From contig JAPLTX010000045.1 of NCBI GenBank assembly GCA_026397915.1, forward strand, positions 152,561-216,560: a stretch of 64,000 bases of DNA. Direction: 5' to 3'. The stretch's first letter is position 1, and every line of letters starts with the position of its first letter. The notes under the pieces are model-generated. The model saw only the letters and a program-made list of their open reading frames with translations, made no database searches and was not told where the DNA came from. Positions 8,044-17,465 of the stretch are shown piece by piece. A program made the position numbers and the translations under genes. The stretch comes from Verrucomicrobiota bacterium (GTDB taxonomy: Bacteria > Verrucomicrobiota > Verrucomicrobiia > CAIQCK01).

Positions 8044-9201
8044 AAAATCACCGCAATCAAAACCTTTCTCTGCGACGCCTACCGCACAAATCTGTCGTTC
8101 GTCAAAATCGAGACCGACGCCGGTCACCACGGCTACGGCGAGATGACGCTCGAATTTCACGACCGCGCCGTCCTCGGCTGCATCGAGGACCTGACGCCGT
8201 CGTGGATCGGCCGCGACCCGATGGATATCGAGGCGCTCTGGCACGACTCCTACCGCGATGCTTACTGGCGGGGCGGGCCAGTGCTCTCGACCTCGCTTGC
8301 CGCGTTGGAGATGGCGTGCTGGGACATCAAGGGCAAGGCGCTCGGCCAGCCCGTCTGGCAATTGCTCGGCGGCAAGTGCCGCGACCGCGTGCGTTGTTAC
8401 GCCAACGCGTGGTTCGTGCCGGCAAAGACGCCTGCCGAGTTTGCCGCGAAGGCGAAGGAAGCCATCGCGCGCGGCTGGAAGGCGCTGAAGTGGGACCCGT
8501 TCGGCAGCGCGCATCGCGACATCACGCGCGCGGAGCTGCTCAACGCCGTGCGTTGTGTGGCTGCGGTGCGCGAGGCAGTCGGCGAAACCGACCTGCTCAT
8601 CGAAGGCCACGGCCGGTTCAACATCGAGAGCGCGCTGCGGGTCGGCAACGCGCTTGCCGAATTCGATATCCTGTGGTTTGAGGAACCGCTCTTCCCGGAA
8701 CTGCTCGACGCGCTGGCGGAACTGAAACGCCGCGTGCCGGTGCCCATCGCGGCCGGCGAGCGCATCTACACGCGTTTCCAAGCGCGCGAGTTCATCGAGA
8801 AACGCTGCGGCGATTTCATCCAGCCCGACATCAGCCGCGTCGGCATCAAGGAACTGCGCCTCATCGGCGGCATGGCTGAGGCGGCGGGCATCAGTTTCTG
8901 CCCTCACAATCCCGCCGGCCCGATTACCAACATGGCCACGCTGCACATCGCCGCTTCCACGCCGAACTTCTTCCTGCTGGAGACGATGGCGAACGATGTG
9001 CCGTGGCGCAGCGAATTCAGTGATGAGGACGTGCGCATCGTGGATGGCGAGATGCTTATCCCGACGCGCCCCGGCCTCGGCATCGAGTTGAACGAAGAGG
9101 CGATCGCAAAGCATCCGCCGAAGCGCCACCACCTCCGCCACTACCGCGGCGACCTCACCGCCATCCGGCCCACCAACGCAACGGAGTGGTTCAAGCGTTA
9201 G
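8041..9201 (+). CDS. Enolase-superfamily (mandelate racemase/muconate lactonizing enzyme family) sugar-acid dehydratase (D-galactonate/L-fuconate/rhamnonate dehydratase-like)
   Basis: MKITAIKTF... N-terminus, LAALEMACWDIKGKALGQPVWQLLGG, FEEP metal-ligand region; 387 aa. Confidence 0.85.
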   Translation: MKITAIKTFLCDAYRTNLSFVKIETDAGHHGYGEMTLEFHDRAVLGCIEDLTPSWIGRDPMDIEALWHDSYRDAYWRGGPVLSTSLAALEMACWDIKGKALGQPVWQLLGGKCRDRVRCYANAWFVPAKTPAEFAAKAKEAIARGWKALKWDPFGSAHRDITRAELLNAVRCVAAVREAVGETDLLIEGHGRFNIESALRVGNALAEFDILWFEEPLFPELLDALAELKRRVPVPIAAGERIYTRFQAREFIEKRCGDFIQPDISRVGIKELRLIGGMAEAAGISFCPHNPAGPITNMATLHIAASTPNFFLLETMANDVPWRSEFSDEDVRIVDGEMLIPTRPGLGIELNEEAIAKHPPKRHHLRHYRGDLTAIRPTNATEWFKR

Positions 9202-9222
9202 AACCGCAAGGAAGACGCGAGC

Positions 9223-12096
9223 ATGAGGAAGTTAATTCTCCGTATCGCCTCGCTGCTCGCGCTTGCGACCCTGCTTGCATGGCAGGCGCGCGGCGCGGAA
9301 ACCACGACGTTGTATGTCGCCACCTGCGGCAACGACGTCTGGTCTGGAAAACTGGCCAAGCCGAACGCCAAGAAGACGGATGGACCGTTTGCCACAATTG
9401 AGCGAGCGCGCGACGCTGTTCGTGTAATGAAGCGAAACGGCAAGCTGCCGAAAGGTGGCGTTGTCGTGGAGGTTCTCGCGGGCAGATATGAGATCGCCAA
9501 GCCGGTCGAACTTGTAGCGGAGGATTCCGGGACTGCTGAGTCGCCTGTCATCTATCGCGCGCGGCGGGGCGATACGGTTCACCTCAGCGGCGGACGCGTC
9601 GTGACTGGATGGAAACCAGTGACCGATCCGGTGGCGGTCGGCCGTTTGGATCCCGTTGCACGCGGCAAGGTGTTTCAGGCCGACCTGCGCGTGCTGGGCG
9701 TGACGGAATACGGCGACCTAGGTCTGGACGCGGCGGCGGGGTTGCAGTTGTGGCTGGCAAAGGTTGACAGTCAAGGCGAGGACGTGATTGGCAGCGCACT
9801 CGCCAGCCAGGGCAAGACAGTCAAGCCGCGACTGGAGGTTTTCTTCGACGACCAGCCGATGGAACTGTCGCGCTGGCCTAATGATGACTTCATCAAGATT
9901 CAGGAGGTGCTGGGCAAAACGGAAATCAACGTCCGCGGCACGAAAGGCTGCAAGGAAGGCATCTTCGTTTACGAAGGTGACCGGCCGAAACGTTGGGTGA
10001 ACGAACAAGACGCCTGGGTGGAGGGGTATTGGTTTCGCGACTGGGCCGTGCAGCGTCACAAGATCGCCTCGCTCGAAACGGAGAAACGCATCATCTCGGT
10101 GACGCCACCCTATCACTATTACGGATACCGCAAGGGGCAATGGTTCCGCGGATTCAATCTACTAAACGAGATTGATGAGCCCGGCGAATGGTATATAGAC
10201 CGGCAGGCGGGGATTCTTTACTTCTGGCCACCGGGCGAACTGGAACGTGGGCGCGTGGAGGTATCGATGGCCCCAGGACTGTTCACGTTGACAGAAGCGT
10301 CGCACGTCACCATCCGCGGGTTGTTGTTCGAGGCGGCGCGCAGCACGGCCATCACAATCAAGGGCGGCCAGCAATGCCGTGTTATCGGCTGCACGTTTCG
10401 CAATCTGGGCAATCACGCCATCACGATCTTTGATGGCAAGGAGAATGGCGTCATCGGCTGCGACATGTATGGCATGGGCGGCGGCGGGATTTATCTCGGC
10501 GGCGGCGACCGGAAGCTGCTCACACCGGCCGGGCACTTTGCCGAGAACAACCACATCCACCATTTCGGCCGATGGGACCGCATGTATCGGCCCGGCCTGT
10601 TCCTGAGCGGCGTAGGTCTGCGCGCGTCACACAACCTGATTCACGACGCGCCACACTCGGCGATCTTGTTTGGCGGCAACGACCACCTGATCGAGTTCAA
10701 CGAAATCCACAACGTCTGCTTCGAATCGCATGACTGCGGCGCGATCTATGCCGGCCGGAGTTGGACCCTTCGCGGTCACGTGATCCAACGTAACTACCTC
10801 CACCACATCTACGGAAAATCGGGCGGGCCCTGCAACGGCATCTACCTCGACGACCTGTTCTCGTCGGCCACGGTGCAGGGAAATGTGTTCTTCCAAGTGC
10901 TGCGGCCCGTGTTCCTCGGCGGCGGACGGGACAACATCATCCAGAACAACGTTTTCGTGGATTGTCCCAAGGCGATGCATTTGGACGCCCGCGCGCTCGG
11001 CTGGTGCGCTCCGCACGCCGACGGACGCATCAAGGAAGCCATCGAGAAAGGCACTATCGCTGGCGTCCGTTACAGAGAGCCACCGTTCAGCATGCGCTAT
11101 CCACAACTTGTCGGCCTGCTCGACGACGAGCCGAAGAAGCCAAAGGGAAATATCGTTCGCCGAAACATCTTCTGGCAGGGACGCGGTGAGAACCTCCGCC
11201 GCGTGGCAAACGGCCAACCTATAAAAGAGACGTGGTGGGACGACATTGAGCCGAAGGTCCGAGCGCTGGTGAAGATCGAGGACAATCTCATCAACGAAGA
11301 CCCGAAGTTTGTGAACGAGAGGACCAGCAACTTCCAGCTTCGCGAGGACTCGCCGGCCTGGAAACTCGGATTCGAGCGGATTCCCGTGGAGAACATCGGG
11401 CTATACCGTGACGACTGTCGGACGAGCTGGCCGGTGAAACATCCGGTTCGTGTCGTGACCGCTTCTGCAACGCTGAAACTCCTGTTCCTAGGCAACAGCA
11501 TTACCCGGCACGGACCGAAGCAGGACATCGGCTGGTCTGGCAACTGGGGCATGGCGGCCAGCGCGGAGGAAAAGGATTTCGTGCATCTCGTCGCGAGCGC
11601 CCTCGGCAAGACAGCGGGCGCTGGGCCCGAAGTGATGATTAGGAACATTTCTGAATTCGAGCGGCAATACGCAACCTTTGACGCGGAGGCGAAGTTGAAG
11701 GACACATTCGCGTTCGGTGCTGACATCATCGTTGTCGCGATTGGCGAGAACGTGCCGAGCCTGAATTCTGACGAAGCCAAGGTTCAGTTCGCAGCCAGCC
11801 TGAGAAAACTGTTGCGGGGCTTGAAGACCGACAAACACCCCACCCTCGTCGTGCGAAACTGCTTCTGGCCGAGCCAGGCCAAGGATCAGGTTCTCAAACA
11901 AGTCTGCCAAGAAGCGGGTGGAATCTTTGTGGACATCGGACAGCTCGCCAAAGACGAATCCAACTATGCGCGCTCGGAGCGCAAGTTCGTCCACAGTGGC
12001 GTGGCGGCGCATCCGGGTGACAAGGGCATGGCGGCCATCGCCAATGCGATTCTGGACGCGATCAGCAAACATCAAGGAAAGAACACGAACAAATGA
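9223..12096 (+). CDS. Secreted right-handed beta-helix (pectate-lyase-fold) protein fused to a C-terminal SGNH/GDSL esterase domain
   Basis: Signal peptide, then repeated beta-helix-type segments (NIIQNNVF, NIVRRNIFWQG). C-terminal LKLLFLGNSITRHG ... DKGMAAIANAI is SGNH-like. Confidence 0.7.
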   Translation: MRKLILRIASLLALATLLAWQARGAETTTLYVATCGNDVWSGKLAKPNAKKTDGPFATIERARDAVRVMKRNGKLPKGGVVVEVLAGRYEIAKPVELVAEDSGTAESPVIYRARRGDTVHLSGGRVVTGWKPVTDPVAVGRLDPVARGKVFQADLRVLGVTEYGDLGLDAAAGLQLWLAKVDSQGEDVIGSALASQGKTVKPRLEVFFDDQPMELSRWPNDDFIKIQEVLGKTEINVRGTKGCKEGIFVYEGDRPKRWVNEQDAWVEGYWFRDWAVQRHKIASLETEKRIISVTPPYHYYGYRKGQWFRGFNLLNEIDEPGEWYIDRQAGILYFWPPGELERGRVEVSMAPGLFTLTEASHVTIRGLLFEAARSTAITIKGGQQCRVIGCTFRNLGNHAITIFDGKENGVIGCDMYGMGGGGIYLGGGDRKLLTPAGHFAENNHIHHFGRWDRMYRPGLFLSGVGLRASHNLIHDAPHSAILFGGNDHLIEFNEIHNVCFESHDCGAIYAGRSWTLRGHVIQRNYLHHIYGKSGGPCNGIYLDDLFSSATVQGNVFFQVLRPVFLGGGRDNIIQNNVFVDCPKAMHLDARALGWCAPHADGRIKEAIEKGTIAGVRYREPPFSMRYPQLVGLLDDEPKKPKGNIVRRNIFWQGRGENLRRVANGQPIKETWWDDIEPKVRALVKIEDNLINEDPKFVNERTSNFQLREDSPAWKLGFERIPVENIGLYRDDCRTSWPVKHPVRVVTASATLKLLFLGNSITRHGPKQDIGWSGNWGMAASAEEKDFVHLVASALGKTAGAGPEVMIRNISEFERQYATFDAEAKLKDTFAFGADIIVVAIGENVPSLNSDEAKVQFAASLRKLLRGLKTDKHPTLVVRNCFWPSQAKDQVLKQVCQEAGGIFVDIGQLAKDESNYARSERKFVHSGVAAHPGDKGMAAIANAILDAISKHQGKNTNK

Positions 12097-13220
12097 GAAG
12101 AGTGAATGTGCGTGCAACGATGATTCTGGCGGTCAGCTTGCTGACTCTGGCCGGGTGGGTATGGGACGCGGAAGCTCAGGACACAAAGCCCCGCATGAAG
12201 CTCGGCGCGTATTACTTCGCGGGATGGGCGGGCAAGTGCGCCTTCGACGACGGCACGGCAGAGAACGCTTGGGCCAAAGGAATGCCGACACACTACACCA
12301 AGAAGCTGGCCACCGAGTTCGCGGGTCGCACGCCGCTCTGGGGCTGGCGCGACGACACGCCGGAGTTGATGGAGCGGCAGATCGCCCTCGCGGCCGACCA
12401 CGGCGTGGCGTTCTTCTCGTTCTGCTGGTATTGGCACGACAACAAAGGCCCGATCAACACCAAGTCCATCGAGGACGACCCGAAGCATGTGCCCATGCGG
12501 CTGTTCATGCAGGCGAAGAACAACAAGCGGATGGAGTTCTGCCTGCTGGTGGCAAATCACGGCGGGTTTGAGATTGTTGGGCTGGAGGCGTGGAAACAGG
12601 CAGCCGACTATTGGTTGACGCTGTTCAAACATCCGAGCTATCTGCGCGTGGATGGCAAACCGTTGTTGGTGATCTTCTCGCCGCGAGGCGCCAACAAGGA
12701 GGGTCTGACCTATCTACAAGAGGCTGCGCGCAAGGCGGGCTTCCCGGGCGTGGCAGTCACAGGTTGCGCCAGCGGCAAATCCGAAGACGGGTTTTCGCTG
12801 CGGACGAACTACAACGTGACGCCGAAGGGGACGTGGGCCAGCAAGAACTCCGAAAGACACCCCTACCAGGAATTGGTCGAGGCGAACCTCCAAGCATGGC
12901 AGGGCACGCCCAGCCAACAGTTCATTCCTGTGGCGACGCAGGGTTGGGATCGCCGGCCGTGGGAAGGAATCGGCGGTCTGGGACCGAAAGGCTCGACGGT
13001 CTCGTGGTATTACGACAAAGGCACACCCGAAGCGTTTGGCGGGATGCTGACGAAGATGGCGCAGTGGATGGACGCGAACCCGGCACTGGCGACCAAGGAC
13101 CGGCTGGCGCTGATCTACGCGTGGAACGAAATTGGCGAGGGCGGTTGGCTGGTGCCGTGTAAGGACGACCCGGACGGCGCGTATCTGAAGACCATCCGCC
13201 GCATCGTTCTGGGCAAGTGA
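12093..13220 (+). CDS. GH99-like / WbsX-domain protein (endo-alpha-mannosidase-like family)
   Basis: Signal peptide; LGAYYFAGW, FCWYWHD, ATQGWDRRPW, AWNEIGEGGW motifs typical of the GH99-like/WbsX fold. ATGA overlap with the upstream gene. Confidence 0.7.
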   Translation: MRRVNVRATMILAVSLLTLAGWVWDAEAQDTKPRMKLGAYYFAGWAGKCAFDDGTAENAWAKGMPTHYTKKLATEFAGRTPLWGWRDDTPELMERQIALAADHGVAFFSFCWYWHDNKGPINTKSIEDDPKHVPMRLFMQAKNNKRMEFCLLVANHGGFEIVGLEAWKQAADYWLTLFKHPSYLRVDGKPLLVIFSPRGANKEGLTYLQEAARKAGFPGVAVTGCASGKSEDGFSLRTNYNVTPKGTWASKNSERHPYQELVEANLQAWQGTPSQQFIPVATQGWDRRPWEGIGGLGPKGSTVSWYYDKGTPEAFGGMLTKMAQWMDANPALATKDRLALIYAWNEIGEGGWLVPCKDDPDGAYLKTIRRIVLGK

Positions 13221-13246
13221 GAAGAACCGGTAGGAAGCATTCTGCA

Positions 13247-14443
13247 ATGAAGACCAAACACACGTTGACGTCATTTTGCGTGATGGGCGTGATGGGCATG
13301 CTCACGCTTTGCGCTGGAGAACAATCCGGCCAGAGTCGCCCACTGGTCGGAGCAATTCGATGGGACGCGTGGTATGGAGATCTTCCCGCGTCGGCGCGAC
13401 CGCCGACCTCGGTCGAGTTCCCGGGATTCGACGCCACGCGCAACCGAAAGGTAAGCCAGGATCCCGGCAAGGAGACGCGGCGCTCGCTCGCCGCGGAACA
13501 GTGGCGTTACCGCTGGCCATTTTTCACGGTGCTCGCGCCGGACGGGAGCGCGAACGACTTCAACGAGAACAAGACGAACGTGATCGAACAGGAGATCGAG
13601 TATGCCCTCCACGCTGGCTTGGACTACTGGGCGTTCACGGCGTATCCCGAAAACTGCCCGCTGAGCTACACGCTCAAAACGTTCCTGACCTGCAAGAACC
13701 GCGACAAGCTCAAGTTCTGCCTGTTCCTGCCGATGTGGCCGGCTTACGGGCGCATCGCGAACGCCGAGGCGGAAGAGGCGTATTGGGCGCACGTATTGCG
13801 GCTGGTCCGACAACCCAATTACCTGAAGGTTGAGGGAAACCGGCCGGTGTTTTATCTGGGGTTCCTGAATGACCAACTGGTCGAGAAGCTCCTCGCCGGG
13901 CCGTGGCCGAAGTTCTGCGCCGAGTTGGCGAAGCGTGGTTTCGGGAAACCGTGGGTGGCGATCTGTCACGGCGGCGCGAAAGCGGCCAAACGGTATTGCG
14001 ACATGCTGCAAGGCGACGCGCTGAGCCAATACGCCGTCGGCGGCAGCGCGAAGGCGGGGTCGTTTTCCGAGCTGGCCGCGCGCGCGGAGAAATTCTGGGA
14101 GGACTGCGCAGCCACGGGAGCGCCGGTCGCTCCGATTTGCATGGCCGGTTGGGATCGCCGCCCGCGCGTGACGAACCCGGTCTCGTGGGAGGACTTTCAC
14201 CTGAAACCGGACGCCTTCGAGCTTTACTACAAGCCCGGCACTCCCAACGAGATTGCCGCCCACGTCGGGCGCGGCACCTCGTGGTTTAAGAAGCATCCCA
14301 CCAAGAACGGCGTCGAGCTGGTGCTCATCTACGCGTGGAACGAATTCGACGAAGGCGGCTGGCTCGCTCCGGCGCTTCCTCCGCCGCACGGTGAAGGCAC
14401 GGCCCGCGTTGACGCGCTCCGCAAGGTTCTCGTGTCGCACTGA
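13247..14443 (+). CDS. GH99-like / WbsX-domain protein, tandem paralog
   Basis: MAGWDRRPR, YAWNEFDEGGWL; signal peptide after ATG 13247 (the ORF opens at GTG 13217, overlapping the previous stop). Confidence 0.7.
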   Translation: MKTKHTLTSFCVMGVMGMLTLCAGEQSGQSRPLVGAIRWDAWYGDLPASARPPTSVEFPGFDATRNRKVSQDPGKETRRSLAAEQWRYRWPFFTVLAPDGSANDFNENKTNVIEQEIEYALHAGLDYWAFTAYPENCPLSYTLKTFLTCKNRDKLKFCLFLPMWPAYGRIANAEAEEAYWAHVLRLVRQPNYLKVEGNRPVFYLGFLNDQLVEKLLAGPWPKFCAELAKRGFGKPWVAICHGGAKAAKRYCDMLQGDALSQYAVGGSAKAGSFSELAARAEKFWEDCAATGAPVAPICMAGWDRRPRVTNPVSWEDFHLKPDAFELYYKPGTPNEIAAHVGRGTSWFKKHPTKNGVELVLIYAWNEFDEGGWLAPALPPPHGEGTARVDALRKVLVSH

Positions 14444-14465
14444 GGTCGTCGGGACTGGCTCGGGC

Positions 14466-14521
14466 AAACCGCTAACCGCATCCACACACACGCGATTTTC
14501 ATCCCTTTACCGACGAGCAGC
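14466..14521 (+). promoter_or_regulatory. Conserved upstream element copy C (divergent variant: CCGCTAACCGCATCCACACACACGCGATTTTCATCCCTTTACC)
   Basis: Shares the CCGCTAACCGCATCCACAC ... GCGATT ... TCC.TTTACC blocks with copies A and B. Confidence 0.4.
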
Positions 14522-14551
14522 GTGTCGCACATACTGCGGCGCATGAACTCG

Positions 14552-16708
14552 ACACGCGCTCCGCAGCCTCGGCGTTTCCCTCTTCGCATCCTTCTCCTGG
14601 CAACGGCCACACTTCTGACAGGCTCGTTGGCGACGGCGGCCAGCTTAAAGACTCCGAGCGGGACGCTGACAGTGGACGAGCGCGGGCTGAGCCTCGCGCC
14701 GCGTGACCCGGCGTGTCCGGCCATCGTCGCCCAAGGCGGGCCGATGTGGTCGCTCAGGCTTCAGACCCCGGCACGACAGATTCTGCTGCTGTCCACAGGC
14801 CAAAAACCACGACACGAAACATCCGCCGATAGCTTGCGGCTGGTCTACGAGAGCCTCACCGACGGCACGAACACCTGGAAGGTTGGCCTGACGCTGAACT
14901 TCCGCCGCAAGCAGGACGCGTTTGAGATCAGCGGCGAGCTGCGCAACAACAGCGAAGGAGTCATGGTCAGCGACCTGGCCTGCGTCGCACTCTCAGGCAT
15001 CGCGGCTCCGCCGGAGACGCATCCGTTGCTCTGGCCGAACGGTCTGGGCCAACGATTCGGCGCGGGCAGCAAGCCCGCCGAGCGCACGTTCCCCTACCCC
15101 AGCCGGACCGGCACGATGCAATGGTGCGCGTTCGCAGGCGAGCGCGGTGGCCTCTATGTCGGCTGCCACGACGCCACTCACAGCGCGAAGACTTTCGCGT
15201 CGCGATTCAATCCAAAGACGCGGCAGTCAACGTTGGCGATCCGTCATCAACTGTTCTGCGCCAGCGGCGGGCGCTGGACGTTACCTCCGACCGTGCTGCT
15301 GCCATACACCGGCACGTGGCATACGGCGGCGAAGTTCTACCGGGCGTGGTTCGATTCGGTCGCGAAGGTGCGTCCGCAACTCGATTGGGTGCGCGACGCG
15401 TCGGGCTGGCTGCTGTGCATCCTCAAGCAGCAGAACGGCTCGGTGATGTGGGATTACCCGTCGCTTGAACAACTCGCCGACATCGCGGACCAGCGCGGGC
15501 TGGACATCCTCGGCTTGTTCGGTTGGGCGCACGGCGGGCACGACCATCTTTACCCCGATTACATCCCCGACCCGCAGATGGGCGGTCCGGAGGTGTTGCG
15601 CCGCGCGTTGAAGGAAGTCCGACGCCGCGGCAAACGCTCCATCATCTACGCCAACGGCCAGCTGATGGACATCGCCACGGAGTATTACCGCACGCAAGGC
15701 AAAGATCAGGCGGTGCTGCGCGAGGACGGCACGCCCGTGCGCCAGAATTGGCAGAAGTTCAGGAGCTTCCCGCCGGTGAAATGCGCGCTCGCGTGTCAGG
15801 CGGCCGAGGGCTGGCGCAAGCGGATGTTCGAGCTGGCGCAGCAGGCACAGGAACTCGGCGCAGACGGCATCCTCTTCGACCAACTCGGCGTGACAGGGCC
15901 GATGCCGTGTTGGGCCAAGAATCACGGCCACCCGTCGCCAGCGGTGGTCTATGCGGGCGAACGCGCTGCTTGGCTGCGCCGCGTGGCCGACGAGATGAAA
16001 CGCATCGCGCCGGAGTTTATCGTGATGACGGAGGGCATCCACGACAGCGTGCTCGATTCGGTTCCGCTGTTCCACGGTTGCATGGTCGGTGTCTTCACCC
16101 CCACCGAGAAGGAGATGGCGTCGCATCTGGATGGAACCGGCACCGACCCGACATTCCCGGAAATGTTCCGCTTCACGTTCCCCGAAGTGCTGATGACCCA
16201 GCGCCACCCGACGCCGATGCTGGACCGGTTGGGCGCCAACTACGCGTGCGTCTATGGCCTGCGCTACGAGATCGAAAGCCGCTACGCTCCCGACGTTCGG
16301 TATCTGAAGGAAGGCGCAATCCCCACGCGCGCCGATTACGCGGACGTTCTGAATCCACCAAACATCCCGATGATGGCCGCCACGCCGCCCGCCGAGGCGA
16401 CGCGCTACCTCAAGCAACTGATCGAGTTCCAGCGGCGTCACACTGCGTTGTTGTGGCGCGGACGGTTTGTGGATGATCGCGGCTTCCAGTTCAAAGGCGA
16501 GCGACTCATCGCCAAAGCCTATGCCGCCGGCAACCAACTCGGCGTGCTCGTCTGGAACCCGACCGACACACCTGCGACATTCTCGCTGACCGTCCCGAAA
16601 GCTCGACTCACGGCCGTCGCCGAACCGGAGCGCGATCAAGTCAAAGCCTTCAGTCCTCTGCCCGCCCAGACGATCCGGCTGTTGGTCTGGCAGGAACAGA
16701 AACACTGA
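14552..16708 (+). CDS. Secreted putative glycosidase of the same uncharacterised family as 3742..7068 (paralog, single-domain form)
   Basis: Signal peptide MNSTRAPQPRRFPLRILLLATATLLTGSLATAAS; shared motifs listed under 3742..7068; 718 aa from ATG 14552. Confidence 0.7.
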   Translation, partial: TRAPQPRRFPLRILLLATATLLTGSLATAASLKTPSGTLTVDERGLSLAPRDPACPAIVAQGGPMWSLRLQTPARQILLLSTGQKPRHETSADSLRLVYESLTDGTNTWKVGLTLNFRRKQDAFEISGELRNNSEGVMVSDLACVALSGIAAPPETHPLLWPNGLGQRFGAGSKPAERTFPYPSRTGTMQWCAFAGERGGLYVGCHDATHSAKTFASRFNPKTRQSTLAIRHQLFCASGGRWTLPPTVLLPYTGTWHTAAKFYRAWFDSVAKVRPQLDWVRDASGWLLCILKQQNGSVMWDYPSLEQLADIADQRGLDILGLFGWAHGGHDHLYPDYIPDPQMGGPEVLRRALKEVRRRGKRSIIYANGQLMDIATEYYRTQGKDQAVLREDGTPVRQNWQKFRSFPPVKCALACQAAEGWRKRMFELAQQAQELGADGILFDQLGVTGPMPCWAKNHGHPSPAVVYAGERAAWLRRVADEMKRIAPEFIVMTEGIHDSVLDSVPLFHGCMVGVFTPTEKEMASHLDGTGTDPTFPEMFRFTFPEVLMTQRHPTPMLDRLGANYACVYGLRYEIESRYAPDVRYLKEGAIPTRADYADVLNPPNIPMMAATPPAEATRYLKQLIEFQRRHTALLWRGRFVDDRGFQFKGERLIAKAYAAGNQLGVLVWNPTDTPATFSLTVPKARLTAVAEPERDQVKAFSPLPAQTIRLLVWQEQKH

Positions 16709-16740
16709 CCGGCGCACCGGCGTTTGTTATACTCCCCACC

Positions 16741-17448
16741 ATGAAATCATCCATCGTCCTTCTCGCATCCCTCGTCGCTGTTGCCGCGTTTGCTGCCGAA
16801 CCGGCCGGCTACTACAGCCGCACCATCTTCTCCGATGACTTCAGCAGCAACAGCTTCGGCCCGCGCTGGGGTCACTACAAGAGCGGCAGCATCGTCAAGG
16901 ACGGCGTGCTCATCGGCATCACGCCGGAGAAATCCGACCACTCTGCGGTGGATAACATCCGGTTTCCGGGCGAGCGCGACCTGGAGGTGTCGGTGAAGTT
17001 CCGGTTCGTCAGCGAAAAGGCGAAGAGCTTCAACGTCTGGTTCGACGACAAGGACTACAAAGGTTCCCACGCCGGCCACATTTGCAGCGTCAGCGTCAGC
17101 CCGGCGGCCGTGAACATCGCCGATGCGAAGACGGGCAACTTTTGCAATAGCATCTACGAAAAGCGAAAATCCCCCGCGGGACTGAGCGATGCGGACAAGG
17201 CGTTTCTGCAAACCAAGTCCAAGAGCCAGCCCGTGAAGCTGACGTTGCAGGACTGGCATACGCTGGTGGCCCGCACGAGGGCCGACAGCGTCGAAGTCTG
17301 CCTCGATGGGAAAGTAGTAGGGACATTCCAGTCCGAAGGCATCGGCCACGACCATAAGACACTGGTGAGTCTGACGACCAATCCCGTGGACGTCCATTAC
17401 GACGACTTCAGCATCAAGGCTGGCGGCAACGCTGCGGCCAAGCCCTGA
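16741..17448 (+). CDS. Secreted ConA-like lectin/glucanase-fold protein (DUF1080-like)
   Basis: Signal peptide, 235 aa, beta-rich; assignment by general resemblance only. Confidence 0.45.
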   Translation: MKSSIVLLASLVAVAAFAAEPAGYYSRTIFSDDFSSNSFGPRWGHYKSGSIVKDGVLIGITPEKSDHSAVDNIRFPGERDLEVSVKFRFVSEKAKSFNVWFDDKDYKGSHAGHICSVSVSPAAVNIADAKTGNFCNSIYEKRKSPAGLSDADKAFLQTKSKSQPVKLTLQDWHTLVARTRADSVEVCLDGKVVGTFQSEGIGHDHKTLVSLTTNPVDVHYDDFSIKAGGNAAAKP

Positions 17449-17465
17449 ACCCGGATTCTCTCATC

